From Candidatus Yanofskybacteria bacterium RIFCSPLOWO2_02_FULL_44_18 (GTDB lineage Bacteria; Patescibacteriota; Minisyncoccia; 2-02-FULL-40-12; GWA2-44-9), in contig MGKT01000006.1 of the NCBI GenBank assembly GCA_001794755.1, forward strand, positions 115,045 to 179,044: a stretch of 64,000 nt of DNA. The letters are read 5' to 3'. Positions 1-10,232 of the stretch are shown here, piece by piece (the stretch's first letter is position 1; every line of letters begins with the position of its first letter). Position numbers and translations under genes: made by a program. The notes beneath the pieces are model-generated. The model was given only the letters and a program-made list of their open reading frames with translations. It did no database searches and was not told the origin of the DNA.

Positions 1-956
1 ACTTCCTTATTTCCCCCGACGCCAGTCGTTACGATCGGTAAGCCGGCGCCCATGGCTTCCAGAATCTGATGAGAAAATCCCTCATAGCTCGTGTTCAGGA
101 CAAAAATATCCGCGGCGGCCAAATAATCAACCAGCTGTTCCTTGTTTTTTCGGCCAACGACATGAACCTTGCGCGACAATCCTAAATTTTTCACCATTGA
201 TTCAAGAATACTCTTTTCCGGGCCATCGCCGACGACTACTAGAGTAAAGAACTGATTGATTTCGAGCAACTTAGGCATTATTTTAATCAACATCTTGAAT
301 CCTTTCCACGGAACCAATCGCCCGACTGATAAAATAATATTACCGGCTATTCCTATTTTATTTTTCGCTTCTTGCCTATCAACAACATTAGGAACATCAA
401 CGCCGTTATATATGATTTTTATTTTTTCCAGCCTTACTCCCCAATCGCGGACGATTCCGGCCAAATATTCAGACGGGGCGATAACAGTATCTGCCTGACG
501 GCAGATTCGGCGTTGGATGCGGTCCAGGCGCCTGATTTTGCCTGTTTTGGGACTGTTCTGGAACTCGTCAATCAATAAATGAGTTTGGCCCCGATTCATC
601 GCCGTTTCCCAAGCGTAATCGCCGACAATTTTTACAACAAATTTTTTCTTATACACCCGAGCGGCAATAGAAGACGGCCAGCCCACGCTGACCGCATTCA
701 GGGCGAAGATAACATCATGGCCAGGCGTAAGCACAAAAAGTTTAACCAACAGTATTAAATGACGTAATCCTTTTGGCCAGATGCGTGAAACATAAACCAG
801 ATTAAAATCTTCTCTGGCATGTTTTTCTCCCCCGAATGTTAAAACCGTGACTTTGTGATTCCTAGACAAGTGCCGCGCCAATAACAGAGCGTACGTCGCC
901 GGACCACCTATTTCGGGAGGGAAAATACCTGTTGCTATTAATATTCTTTTTTTCAT
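1..956 (-). CDS. Glycosyltransferase family 4 (runs off the window edge)
   Basis: Not in the ORF track. Manual translation from ATG at 956 gives MKKRILIATGIFPPEIGGPATY, with SYEGFSHQILEAMGAGLPIVTT near the edge (GT4 ExF..E motif). ATGA overlap with the upstream gene. Confidence 0.9.
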   Translation of the reverse strand, partial: MKKRILIATGIFPPEIGGPATYALLLARHLSRNHKVTVLTFGGEKHAREDFNLVYVSRIWPKGLRHLILLVKLFVLTPGHDVIFALNAVSVGWPSSIAARVYKKKFVVKIVGDYAWETAMNRGQTHLLIDEFQNSPKTGKIRRLDRIQRRICRQADTVIAPSEYLAGIVRDWGVRLEKIKIIYNGVDVPNVVDRQEAKNKIGIAGNIILSVGRLVPWKGFKMLIKIMPKLLEINQFFTLVVVGDGPEKSILESMVKNLGLSRKVHVVGRKNKEQLVDYLAAADIFVLNTSYEGFSHQILEAMGAGLPIVTTGVGGNKE

Positions 957-1654
957 CTGAATATATTAAACCTGATTATGTGCCAAATGGCCGCCAGGCC
1001 GTCTTTCCAATTTATCTTTTTGCCTTCGTGATATGTACGGCCTTTATACGAAATTCCGACCTCATAAATCCGCAAGTTGTGCTGCGCGACTTGGGCTGTT
1101 AATTCCGGTTCTATGCCAAATCTTCTGGCTTTCAAATTCGGCAGAATTTTCTCTATCGCGTCCCGAGTAAACACTTTATAACCGGTTTCCATATCTGATA
1201 AATTCAATCCGGTCAGCATATTTGAAATAAACGTCACCAATTTATTGGCGATGTAGTGGGAAAAATAAAGAATGCGCCGCGGAAAAGGGGTTATAAACCG
1301 CGAACCATAGACGACATCGGCATCTCCGGCAAGAATCGGCCCGATAAGCAAGCGGTACTCATGGGGATCATATTCCAAATCCGCGTCTTGAATGATGATG
1401 ATGTCGCCCGTCGCTTCCTTAAATCCCCGCCTTATAGCCGTTCCTTTGCCTTGGTTTTTTCCATGAAAAATTATCTTGCAGCTGTTTTGATACTGTTCCA
1501 GAATTTCGCGGGTTCCGTCGTTTGATCCGTCATCAATAATAACAATTTCTTTTTCCAGCGGAAGTTCCGCGTCTTGAACCGCCGAAATAATCCTCGGAAG
1601 TGTTCTTTTCTCGTTAAACGCAGGAATAATAACGCTGATTTTGTTATACGCCAT
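953..1654 (-). CDS. Glycosyltransferase family 2, polyprenol-phosphate mannose synthase-like
   Basis: SVIIPAFNE, IDDGSNDGT, QGKG, QDADLEYDP, DMETGYK, FGIEPE. Start placed at MAYNK (1654). Confidence 0.9.
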   Translation of the reverse strand: MAYNKISVIIPAFNEKRTLPRIISAVQDAELPLEKEIVIIDDGSNDGTREILEQYQNSCKIIFHGKNQGKGTAIRRGFKEATGDIIIIQDADLEYDPHEYRLLIGPILAGDADVVYGSRFITPFPRRILYFSHYIANKLVTFISNMLTGLNLSDMETGYKVFTRDAIEKILPNLKARRFGIEPELTAQVAQHNLRIYEVGISYKGRTYHEGKKINWKDGLAAIWHIIRFNIFR

Positions 1655-2786
1655 AAGTTTGGAATAATTCTTTATATTTTCTGGAAATAATCTCCCAGTC
1701 GTATTTTTCATTAATCAATTTCCGCGCGTTACTGACCATAAAATCTTTCAGAGTATTGTCTTTTAAAATCATATCTACTTTATCGGCAATGTCTTTGGAG
1801 TTGTTAACTTCACAGAAGAGCCCGGTTTCTCTGTTGATAATAAAATCTGTTATTCCGCCTGTTTTCGTACCGACAACCGGCAGCTTAGCGGCCATGGCCT
1901 CAAGAAAAGCCGTGCCTAAGCCTTCGGACAACGACGGTCGCACAAAAACATCGGCCGCAGCAAGATATTTCGGAAGATCGTCGTGCGTCACCTGCCCCGC
2001 AAATTTAATTCTGCCATCCAGTCCCAGTTCGTGCGATTTAAGTTTTAACGAGTCTCGAAGCGGCCCGTCGCCGATGATAAGTAATTTAACGTCATCTTCT
2101 AAGTACACTAGGGATTCAATTAAATCTTTCAATCCGTTTTTTGGCACCAGCCGTGAAACTGAGATAACGACCTTGTGATTATCGCCGTATCCGAGCTTCT
2201 GTCTTAAATCGTTATTTCTTAATATTGAAAATGCAGCAAAATCAACGCCGTTAGGAATGACCGATATTCGGGCTTTCAGATTTATATTCTTTGCGTATTC
2301 TTTCAGGTAATCACTGATGGTTATAATAGCGTCGGCTTTTATTATTATCAGGTTTCTGAAAAAATTAATCATTTTTCCTTGTTGTTTTAAATTTTTACCT
2401 TCCTGAATATTAAGAATAAAAGGAATGCGATTATTAAAAATCTTGAATAGCCATGCCGCACCGGCGGCTTGGGAGGCCTGGAGGGCAAAAACCATACCGT
2501 ATGAATTATTTTGAGATAATCTTAATGACTTAATGAAGGCAAAAAGAGGAAACAGTGCCTTCGGCATCAGTATTTTTAAAAAAGCGCCCTTGTTGCCGAT
2601 TCTAAATACATTTACATTTCCTATTCTTTCAAAGACGGGCAAAGATTTATCAAGATGCGCGGTGATAAGATCAAAATCAAATCCGTCAATGCGCTTCGTT
2701 ATTTCATGAAGGGCCAGTTCCGCGCCCCCGATATGTGGTAAGTAGTTGGAAGAGAACATTAAAATTCTCTTTGATTTATTGGCCAT
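1644..2786 (-). CDS. Glycosyltransferase family 4
   Basis: GGAE, IPNGVD, SRLVPKNG, EGLGTAFLEAMAA. Confidence 0.92.
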   Translation of the reverse strand: MANKSKRILMFSSNYLPHIGGAELALHEITKRIDGFDFDLITAHLDKSLPVFERIGNVNVFRIGNKGAFLKILMPKALFPLFAFIKSLRLSQNNSYGMVFALQASQAAGAAWLFKIFNNRIPFILNIQEGKNLKQQGKMINFFRNLIIIKADAIITISDYLKEYAKNINLKARISVIPNGVDFAAFSILRNNDLRQKLGYGDNHKVVISVSRLVPKNGLKDLIESLVYLEDDVKLLIIGDGPLRDSLKLKSHELGLDGRIKFAGQVTHDDLPKYLAAADVFVRPSLSEGLGTAFLEAMAAKLPVVGTKTGGITDFIINRETGLFCEVNNSKDIADKVDMILKDNTLKDFMVSNARKLINEKYDWEIISRKYKELFQTYGV

Positions 2787-2807
2787 TTTGTGATAATTTT
2801 ACCACAA

Positions 2808-3980
2808 ATGGAGCCAAAAATCAAGAAAAAGCGTATTTTATTCATTGTTACTCAATCGGAGATGGGTGGTGCTCAAAGGTTTCTGCTAAACACGATTTCA
2901 CGCTTGAATAAGGATATATATGAGATTGGCACGGCTGTCGGTTCTGATGGCGACGGCGAATTGTTAAATAAACTTGACGAACTTGGAATTGCATTCGAGA
3001 TAATTGAAAACCTAAAGCGGAATGCCAGCCCGATTAAAGATTTTTTCGCCGTATTTGAAACTCGCCGATTAATTATGCGCCATTCGCCGGATACTGTTTT
3101 TTTGTGCAGTTCAAAAGCCGGCTTCATCGGCTCTCTCGCTTGCCGAATGCCGACAATAATTAAAGACATTAAAGTAGTATATCGAATCGGCGGCTGGCAA
3201 TTTAATGATCCGCGCAAAGAATGGCAAAATAAAATTTATCTGATTCTGGAAAGATTAAGCGCTCATTGGAAAGATGTCATTATTCTTAATAACATCCATG
3301 ATTATAATCAGGCCGTAGAAAAGAAGATTCGCCCTCGAGAAAAAATTGAAATTATACACGGAGGAATCGATACGTATAAAATGAATTATCTACCCAGAGA
3401 GGAAGCCCGCCTAAAAATGCTTGAGCGAGCATCAAAACAATCGGGTAAAGTATTCCAGGCGGATTATATTGTTGGGACAATCGCCAATTTTTATCCGTCA
3501 AAGGGGCTTGGGCATCTATTAGACGCGGCACAATATTTAAAAGCCAAAATCAATGTTGTTTTCTTCGTCATTGGCGATGGGGAAAAAAGGATTGACTTGC
3601 AAACCGAGATTTTAAAAAAGGGCCTTGAAAAAAATGTGTTTCTTCTGGGGCGCATGCCGGAAGCCTACAAATTTTTAACCGGTTTTGATATTTTTGTCTC
3701 GCCTTCGTTGAAGGAAGGATTTCCTTGGAGCATATTGGAAGCGATGGCGGCAAAATTACCCGTTATCGCCACGCAAGTCGGCGGCGTTCCCGAAATAATC
3801 AAGAACGGCCATAACGGTTTTATAGTAAAGCCGGGTGACGGCAAAGCTATTGCTGAAAAAATAAAAGAACTGATTGCGAACGACCACTTGCGTCAGGAAT
3901 TGAGCATTAAATCACATCAAACCGTCCTGTTTGATTTCACGCTCGATAAAATGGTTAGCCGAATTGAGAGTCTGCTTTAG
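2808..3980 (+). CDS. Glycosyltransferase family 4
   Basis: MGGAQ, EGFPWSILEAMAAKLPVIATQVGGVPE. ATG 2808 preferred over GTG 2790. Confidence 0.9.
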   Translation: MEPKIKKKRILFIVTQSEMGGAQRFLLNTISRLNKDIYEIGTAVGSDGDGELLNKLDELGIAFEIIENLKRNASPIKDFFAVFETRRLIMRHSPDTVFLCSSKAGFIGSLACRMPTIIKDIKVVYRIGGWQFNDPRKEWQNKIYLILERLSAHWKDVIILNNIHDYNQAVEKKIRPREKIEIIHGGIDTYKMNYLPREEARLKMLERASKQSGKVFQADYIVGTIANFYPSKGLGHLLDAAQYLKAKINVVFFVIGDGEKRIDLQTEILKKGLEKNVFLLGRMPEAYKFLTGFDIFVSPSLKEGFPWSILEAMAAKLPVIATQVGGVPEIIKNGHNGFIVKPGDGKAIAEKIKELIANDHLRQELSIKSHQTVLFDFTLDKMVSRIESLL

Positions 3981-6211
3981 AGTTCTCTGCCCAGGCTTCT
4001 TACAAAAGCTCTGGCATCAGCTTCAAAAGACGGATCAACTTGAACCGCCCTGCGGGCCATTGCAACGGCATCATCTATCCGGCCAATATTTGCATAGGCC
4101 GTCGCCAGAGAAGCGAAATACTGAGCATTATTGGGATTAATTACTATAATTTTTTCGTAAATTCCGGCTATTTTGGAAAAATCCTTGTTGATAAGATAAA
4201 CATTTACTAGCCGCAAATATTCTTGTTCATTAGGACTGTAGCCACTACTCAGGGCTTTCTCCATATCTCTAAGACCTGACGCATCTCCGCTTTCAAATTT
4301 AGCTGCTCCAAGATACCAATAAGACAACACTGTTTCAGGATTTAAATCAACGGCTTTTTGAAAATATTCTATTGCTTTTTTATAGTCCTTCTTGTTTATA
4401 TAGGCTTGGGCGATTTCATAATAAGTCCTGATAAAAGTCGGGGAAAGTTCAAGCGCTTTTAGAGAATAGCTTAGCGCTTTATCATTGTAAAAAGATCCGG
4501 GATTGTCCTTGCCTAGTAAGATATTCAAGCGGGAAGCATAAAGATATGGCAAATAATCAATCGGATTTTCTTTAATGTTCTTTTCAACTTCAACAAGCGT
4601 AAATTCAAAAGCTCTCCGTACTTTTTCTTCCTTCAGGCTGGGACCGCCGCCGCCGACCAAATATTGGGCCAGGCGATGCCGGTACTCATACTTGCCGGGA
4701 ACATCGTAGGACAAGGATTCTTTATATTTTAAAAGAGCACCGTCAAAATCACCCGCCCAAGTTCTGACAATGGCTCTAGTGGTCGCGTAATTGGCCTTGG
4801 CCGGCAAAATATTTGTTTTATATATTAATACTGACATGAGAATCGCTAATATGATTCCAACCGTATTAACCAAAGATTTACTGGCCATAATCGGATTGGC
4901 AGCGCGTGCCTCTTCTTTTTCCGGGTTCAAATTCAGATAAGAGGTGAATCCCATGATAGTAAAGAAAACGATAAAATTGGCCGAGGTATCGAATATAAAA
5001 GAATTGTGGATTATATACGCGATAGTTGCCGGGATAAGGGCAATGCCATAAATAGAAAAATCATTATTTCTTAAAAGTTTCCGCAACGACCTGAAAATTG
5101 AGAAAAATATGTTTATGTATGCAAAAAAACCTATAATTCCCATGGTGACAAGAATTTCAACAAACATATTATGAGCCCTGTCAAAAAGTGTTTCTGAACC
5201 GGAGCCGACAAAAAATTTCGGATTAAAGTTTGTTGAAAAAGGAATATTGAAATTCTCCGGCCCCCAGCCTAGAAATATAGTTTTAGGATTTTCTCGCCAG
5301 CCCTTAAGACCGGCCTGCCAAGCCCAAAAACGAGTTTGGACAGTCGGTGAAGTGAGAGATAAGCTGGTAACCCTGCTAAGATATCCCGATTTTTTTACAA
5401 AAGAAGTATTGCCGAATAAAAGCGCAAAAGCAATGAATATTAACGCCGAGCTTATAAGAGTTTTGAATGCGATTTTTCCAATACCCGATTTTTTATACTT
5501 CATCCATAAAAACGCGAAAACCGTAAGCCCGACGGCATAACCCAAAAGTGATCCCCTGACAGCCGTCATCAAAACCGCAATAGAAGTAATCGCAAAAGCG
5601 GCCAGGTAATATTTTTTATATTTCTGGACCGACAAATACATCATCAGCGACAAAAATACTATTAACAGCTCATAGCCAGCGAATAGGGCTGGATTGCCGA
5701 TGGTACCGAATATTCTCTCGCGACCGCCCGAACCCACAAAAAATTCTATATTTGTTTTTTGTCCAAATCCGTAAAATGCTGATAGTACTCCTACAAATAC
5801 GGATAAGTTAAAAAGTTTTAACCAATATTCTTTTTTATTAAATACCGCGGTCAATATGATAAAAAATAGAAAATAATGCGCGAAAGTCCAAAGACCGCCC
5901 ATTCTTTCAAGTCCACCCCAAAAACTCGGGTATTGCAAAACGCTCGTTAAAGTTGTCAAAGAAAAGGCTGCTACAAACAAAAAGAAGGCCCAAAATATTT
6001 TATCGCGGCGGGGCAGATACGATCTGTTCTTTAAAATTAAAATTATATAAGCTACCGCCAGAATTTCAACTAAACTCCTGAAAACTAGCACTTTTCCAAA
6101 GTGAAAAGGAGAAATGAAATCTTTCCAAATAACAAGCGGCATAAATGCCGTTAGATAGATGCCAAAGCGCAAAAATTTTACCAGACCCGATTCTTTATTG
6201 GTTTGCTTCAT
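3977..6211 (-). CDS. O-antigen ligase (Wzy_C)-like membrane protein with C-terminal TPRs; candidate O-oligosaccharyltransferase
   Basis: About 12 hydrophobic segments, GTIGNP, RGS, GWGPENF, DRAHN, then TPR-like repeats. Confidence 0.85.
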   Translation of the reverse strand: MKQTNKESGLVKFLRFGIYLTAFMPLVIWKDFISPFHFGKVLVFRSLVEILAVAYIILILKNRSYLPRRDKIFWAFFLFVAAFSLTTLTSVLQYPSFWGGLERMGGLWTFAHYFLFFIILTAVFNKKEYWLKLFNLSVFVGVLSAFYGFGQKTNIEFFVGSGGRERIFGTIGNPALFAGYELLIVFLSLMMYLSVQKYKKYYLAAFAITSIAVLMTAVRGSLLGYAVGLTVFAFLWMKYKKSGIGKIAFKTLISSALIFIAFALLFGNTSFVKKSGYLSRVTSLSLTSPTVQTRFWAWQAGLKGWRENPKTIFLGWGPENFNIPFSTNFNPKFFVGSGSETLFDRAHNMFVEILVTMGIIGFFAYINIFFSIFRSLRKLLRNNDFSIYGIALIPATIAYIIHNSFIFDTSANFIVFFTIMGFTSYLNLNPEKEEARAANPIMASKSLVNTVGIILAILMSVLIYKTNILPAKANYATTRAIVRTWAGDFDGALLKYKESLSYDVPGKYEYRHRLAQYLVGGGGPSLKEEKVRRAFEFTLVEVEKNIKENPIDYLPYLYASRLNILLGKDNPGSFYNDKALSYSLKALELSPTFIRTYYEIAQAYINKKDYKKAIEYFQKAVDLNPETVLSYWYLGAAKFESGDASGLRDMEKALSSGYSPNEQEYLRLVNVYLINKDFSKIAGIYEKIIVINPNNAQYFASLATAYANIGRIDDAVAMARRAVQVDPSFEADARAFVRSLGREL

Positions 6212-6310
6212 ATATTAGATATGATAACAGAAAACCCAAAAATTTAGCAATCTTAGTAGTTGCAAGGATGGGTCAAAGTTGGCGACAAATAATATCAGAA
6301 GTTAAGGGGA

Positions 6311-6760
6311 TTAGCTTTTAAGAAATTGGAGGTGGTTTTCGATAAATTCTTTCTGTTCGGGGATCATATTCTTGGGCATCTCTTTAAATATTTTAATATC
6401 AGAGGCATTATTGTTTGGGCGCATATTTACATCCTTAGTTCCACATAAAACCGGAATGCTTATTGTCCAGCCAAATCCACGCTCCGCCTGTTCGCTTGGA
6501 TATTCAATATATCCAAGCATTTCTATTATTTTTACAGATATGCCGAGTTCATCTGAAGCTATTCGTTTCACCGCATCTTCAACTCGCTCCTTGTATTGAA
6601 GTGTTGCGCCTGGAAAATGCCACTGATTACTCCAAGTAGACAGTTTTCTTAGGGTTAAAACGATTCCTTTATCTGTTTGCACTATTAGATCAACACACAA
6701 TCTGGGGACCTTCGAATATATGTCATTAAATTCTTCTTTGGACAATAGCTTATCATTCAT
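6311..6760 (-). CDS. NUDIX hydrolase (GDP-mannose mannosyl hydrolase-like)
   Basis: PRLCVDLIV, WHFPGA..E....AVKRIASDELG (variant Nudix box). Confidence 0.8.
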   Translation of the reverse strand: MNDKLLSKEEFNDIYSKVPRLCVDLIVQTDKGIVLTLRKLSTWSNQWHFPGATLQYKERVEDAVKRIASDELGISVKIIEMLGYIEYPSEQAERGFGWTISIPVLCGTKDVNMRPNNNASDIKIFKEMPKNMIPEQKEFIENHLQFLKS

Positions 6761-6904
6761 AATTGTATATAAATTTAATCACTTAATTGGATTATTGTCG
6801 ATTAATAAAGTCATCATCAATCTAAAACCCGGGTTTTCCTTTGTATCAAAAACGATAAGACCCGCGGGATCTCTGTCTTATCGACGAGCTCTCCGCGGGC
6901 CACA

Positions 6905-7168
6905 CTACCAGATTGGAAGCATGATGTCTTCCATGATCCGAGCGATAGTCTGATTTTCTCCCACTATTCTCGCGATAGAAGTAAGTTGTTGTTGTACGAT
7001 GCTCTCTTGCCGTTGGCGTTCGGTGGTGAGATTACCAAAAGGTTTGAGCGCCTCAATTCCATCAATAATTTTTTTTACCTCTTTCCCGATTTGCGGGTTT
7101 TCCTTCGCAATCTTTTGAAGCCACGCAATGTGGCTATCAAGTTTTTCGTGTCGGTTATTGGCCATCAT
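6905..7168 (-). CDS. Hypothetical helical protein
   Basis: 87-aa ORF with SD AGGAGG, its own promoter and a downstream GC-rich hairpin (~6860-6900). Confidence 0.6.
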   Translation of the reverse strand: MMANNRHEKLDSHIAWLQKIAKENPQIGKEVKKIIDGIEALKPFGNLTTERQRQESIVQQQLTSIARIVGENQTIARIMEDIMLPIW

Positions 7169-7183
7169 TGCCTCCTGAGTAAA

Positions 7184-7212
7184 ATATTACCACCTTTCGG
7201 TGGCAATGTCAA
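7184..7212 (-). promoter_or_regulatory. Sigma70-type promoter with a palindromic spacer
   Basis: TTGACA-17-TAATAT; the spacer forms TTGCCACC-GAAA-GGTGGTAA. Confidence 0.65.
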
Positions 7213-7235
7213 CTATTCAATATCTACCTGCATTT

Positions 7236-8492
7236 TTATTTAGGATTTACCTTATAAATAACCCCGGTGGCGTCATCAGAAATATAAAGCTTACCCTTGG
7301 AATCGAACTTCAAATCAACCGGCCGACCATATATTTTACCATTCACTAGCCACCCGGAAATAAAGTCTTCCGGAATTTGAGACAAAACATTGCCACCAGA
7401 GTCCAAATCATACCTTACGACATTATAGCCCACTTTTTCGCTCCTGTTCCATGATCCGTGAAGAGCGACCAATAAATCACCCTCCCATTCTTTGGGCCAG
7501 CCCTTGTTTGCCGGCACAAATGCCAAACCTAGCGGCGCTGAATGCGCTTGTATCTTGATTATCGGCGGCGTCGTTGTGCTGCAGTCGGAAGATATATCAA
7601 TACGATCAACCTTCTCGGGATTAAATTTTTTATCTCTAACCTTATCGCCGTAACAAAAAGGCCAGCCGTATCTTTTTGCACCATACTTATCTTCCGGTCC
7701 GGCCACCTTAATTATATTAATTTCGTCGGGAGGCAAATCATCGCCCAAATTGTCACGCCCCATTTCCGTGGCCCATATTTCTTTTGTTTTAGGATGGAAA
7801 GTAAAGAATACGGAATTCCTCAATCCGCCGGCAAATTCCGCCGTGTAATTTCCCGCCGGATCAGACTCCAAAATAGCGGCTCTTTTCCATGTATCTTCAA
7901 TGCATACATCGCACGAAGAACCGACGCTCATGTATAGCTTGTCGACGCTTAGTCCTAATCCACCCAATATTGATCCCTGGCGATAATTAGGCCCGAAGGC
8001 GATTGTTCTGGTAAAATGCCGACCGTCAGCGGGAAGAGTGGCAATATTTTCGCTCTTCTTATTCGCAATTGTGCCGGATTTGACGTCGTAGGAAAACCTT
8101 TTAACTTCGTTTGTTTCAGCCACGTATAAGTATGTGGCTTTAGAATCAGAATAGAAATCAAGTCCATGAGGTAATCGTAAGCCTTCTAAAATCGTTATTT
8201 TTTTATCAGATTTTCCATCCCCGTCGCTATCTTTAAGCATCGCAATTCTTCCGGCTTTAGTCTCGCTTACAAGCATATTCCCGACCGGATCAAAAGCAAT
8301 TACTCTTGGGTTTTCCAAATTATCAGCAAAAACATCAATCATAAATCCTGTCGGGAGCTTGAGAAAAGAGAGTCCTGTGTTTGGAATTTCCGTTACATTC
8401 GGTTCTTCAAGAGGCGGAACATAAAACCAGGCAAATGCAGTCAGCGTCACGGCCAAAACAACTATTATCAATATGTTGCGCTTATTGAACAT
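7236..8492 (-). CDS. PQQ-dependent sugar/sorbosone dehydrogenase family beta-propeller
   Basis: N-terminal anchor, LPTGF.IDVFA, SVGSSCDVC, GLRNSV, GRDNLGDDLPPDEIN, YGWP, HSAPLG, HGSWN, GRPVD. Confidence 0.88.
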   Translation of the reverse strand: MFNKRNILIIVVLAVTLTAFAWFYVPPLEEPNVTEIPNTGLSFLKLPTGFMIDVFADNLENPRVIAFDPVGNMLVSETKAGRIAMLKDSDGDGKSDKKITILEGLRLPHGLDFYSDSKATYLYVAETNEVKRFSYDVKSGTIANKKSENIATLPADGRHFTRTIAFGPNYRQGSILGGLGLSVDKLYMSVGSSCDVCIEDTWKRAAILESDPAGNYTAEFAGGLRNSVFFTFHPKTKEIWATEMGRDNLGDDLPPDEINIIKVAGPEDKYGAKRYGWPFCYGDKVRDKKFNPEKVDRIDISSDCSTTTPPIIKIQAHSAPLGLAFVPANKGWPKEWEGDLLVALHGSWNRSEKVGYNVVRYDLDSGGNVLSQIPEDFISGWLVNGKIYGRPVDLKFDSKGKLYISDDATGVIYKVNPK

Positions 8493-8512
8493 TTTTTAAG
8501 GTATACTAACTC

Positions 8513-8548
8513 AAAAATAAGAGACCCGCAAACGGGCCCCTTGTTTTT
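8513..8548. terminator. Intrinsic terminator-like hairpin
   Basis: AAAAATAAGAGACCCG-CAAA-CGGGCCCCTTGTTTTT just downstream of 8565..9794. Confidence 0.55.
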
Positions 8549-8564
8549 AAAAAAATTCAAATTA

Positions 8565-9794
8565 CTAAATGGCCTGCAAATAATCACTGTGCACCCACGC
8601 GTCTTTAGTCTGATACTTAATCTTATGCCACAAACCAGATTGCCCCAAACTTTCTATAATCTGTCCGGCCGGCAGTTTGCCTAAAATGGCGCTTGAGGTG
8701 TTGGCCGATGCCCTCACATTAAGCTGACTCGTGCCGACAATCTTATATTTCTTGACCACTGAAACAGGAGCTGATGAAGAAGTGTTTTTTCTCGAATAAT
8801 CCGGTATCTGATTTACTGATGTATAGTTTGTCCCCTTCGGATACCAATTAAATTCTTTGGTATTGATACAGAAGACTTTCTTGAAGAAATCGGCATCGTC
8901 TTTAACCGCTTGTTCTCCGGTCGTATTCACCCAATGCAGAGTTCCAGTATCTTCACCCGTCATTTCTACACCATAGACCCTTTTATCATTTGTCTCGCAA
9001 TTTCTAAACAAACCGGAAGTGACAAAGACATCCCTGACCACTGAAGTCGTGCCTTTAACTTTGGAGAATCCGCCGAGATGGCCGTAGAAACCGAATATGG
9101 CAGGATTTAGGAATAATCTTTTGTAGCCATGTGGGTTGACTATGTAAATATCCGGATCGCTTGAACCGGCCGCACTGATAATGTCGCCATCTTTTAGGCT
9201 AACATTGGCCAAATTGACAAATCCTCTTGAAGCCGGGGTCGGCTTGCCTGTTGAAACAGGCGCTGGAGACGAAGCCGGAGTTGGTGTCGGACTCGAAAGT
9301 GCTACAACTGGAGTCGGGGTTGGGGTCGAAGTAGTAGTAGATGTCGTGCTTCCTCCTCCTCCTCCTCCACCACCACCACCACCGCCGCCAGTACCGCCAG
9401 TATCAGAACAAGTGGATGATCCGGGTGTTATCACAACAACTCTTTGAGGATCGCCCGCTGCCGGTGTTATGACAACTGTAGACTCTGATGTTGTACAAGT
9501 CTTAGATGTATAATCGCCACTAGTACCAAGACTTAATCTTCCGGTTGATCTAAAAGTAAATGTCTGATCAGGAGAAATGGTAACGGTTATCGAACTGCCC
9601 GTCGTCGTTACTTCATCTGCACTGGAACCGGCCACAATCAGAAAATCTCCCACGGAAAAAGTGACATTAGTATCTTGCGGAAAAGTTACCGCTCCAGCCA
9701 CTGCTTGAGCATAATTAGCGACTACTAAAGATACCCCCACTGCTAAAATGACAACGAATAGAGAGGGGAGAAATTTATATTTTATTAATTGCAT
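8565..9794 (-). CDS. Secreted protein: N-terminal domain, poly-Gly/PT linker, conserved ~135-aa domain, C-terminal bacterial SH3
   Basis: Signal peptide, long Gly run, TPTPTP, LNVRAS...GLWHKI...AWVHSDYL (SH3b-like). The middle domain is shared with 17476..21213. Confidence 0.8.
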   Translation of the reverse strand: MQLIKYKFLPSLFVVILAVGVSLVVANYAQAVAGAVTFPQDTNVTFSVGDFLIVAGSSADEVTTTGSSITVTISPDQTFTFRSTGRLSLGTSGDYTSKTCTTSESTVVITPAAGDPQRVVVITPGSSTCSDTGGTGGGGGGGGGGGGGSTTSTTTSTPTPTPVVALSSPTPTPASSPAPVSTGKPTPASRGFVNLANVSLKDGDIISAAGSSDPDIYIVNPHGYKRLFLNPAIFGFYGHLGGFSKVKGTTSVVRDVFVTSGLFRNCETNDKRVYGVEMTGEDTGTLHWVNTTGEQAVKDDADFFKKVFCINTKEFNWYPKGTNYTSVNQIPDYSRKNTSSSAPVSVVKKYKIVGTSQLNVRASANTSSAILGKLPAGQIIESLGQSGLWHKIKYQTKDAWVHSDYLQAI

Positions 9795-9819
9795 GGTTTA
9801 ATTTTGTTTGATGACGAGC

Positions 9820-10221
9820 TTACCGTAAGCCCTGAATTGTTTTAACTACTGCGGAATCTGATCTTAAGTTTTCCCAGAATAGAACCTGATCCTGGTTGAT
9901 AATCATTTCATTCTTGGGACTATGGGGTTCCCCCGCACCGAGTTTGACAAGCTGACCGGCACCATTTTCGTTTACTTTAACATAATAAACATCGGACAGA
10001 ATCAAGTAATCAGAACTGATATTTTTTAAACGCCCAAAGTATATCTGATCGTTTGTCAGAAATATAGCCTGATACACATCTGGATCAATAAAACTCTTTT
10101 TATCATATCCGTCGTATTTTAGAGAACTTATGGCTGGAAAGATGCTTATAATCCCAACCGCTACAGCCAGAACCGCAACGCCTATCATCATAATGGATGG
10201 AATATTCTTCCTGTAAATCAT
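9820..10221 (-). CDS. Conserved hypothetical membrane-anchored protein
   Basis: One TM, then YQAIFLTNDQIYFG...VLFWENL, a motif I associate with CPR genomes. Confidence 0.75.
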   Translation of the reverse strand: MIYRKNIPSIMMIGVAVLAVAVGIISIFPAISSLKYDGYDKKSFIDPDVYQAIFLTNDQIYFGRLKNISSDYLILSDVYYVKVNENGAGQLVKLGAGEPHSPKNEMIINQDQVLFWENLRSDSAVVKTIQGLR

Positions 10222-10232
10222 GTTCTAAATAA

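Noticed and set aside
9350-9390. (CCT/CCA/CCG)n tract as a phase-variation repeat
   Set aside because: A triplet repeat with mixed codons encoding a poly-Gly linker; slippage would not shift the frame.
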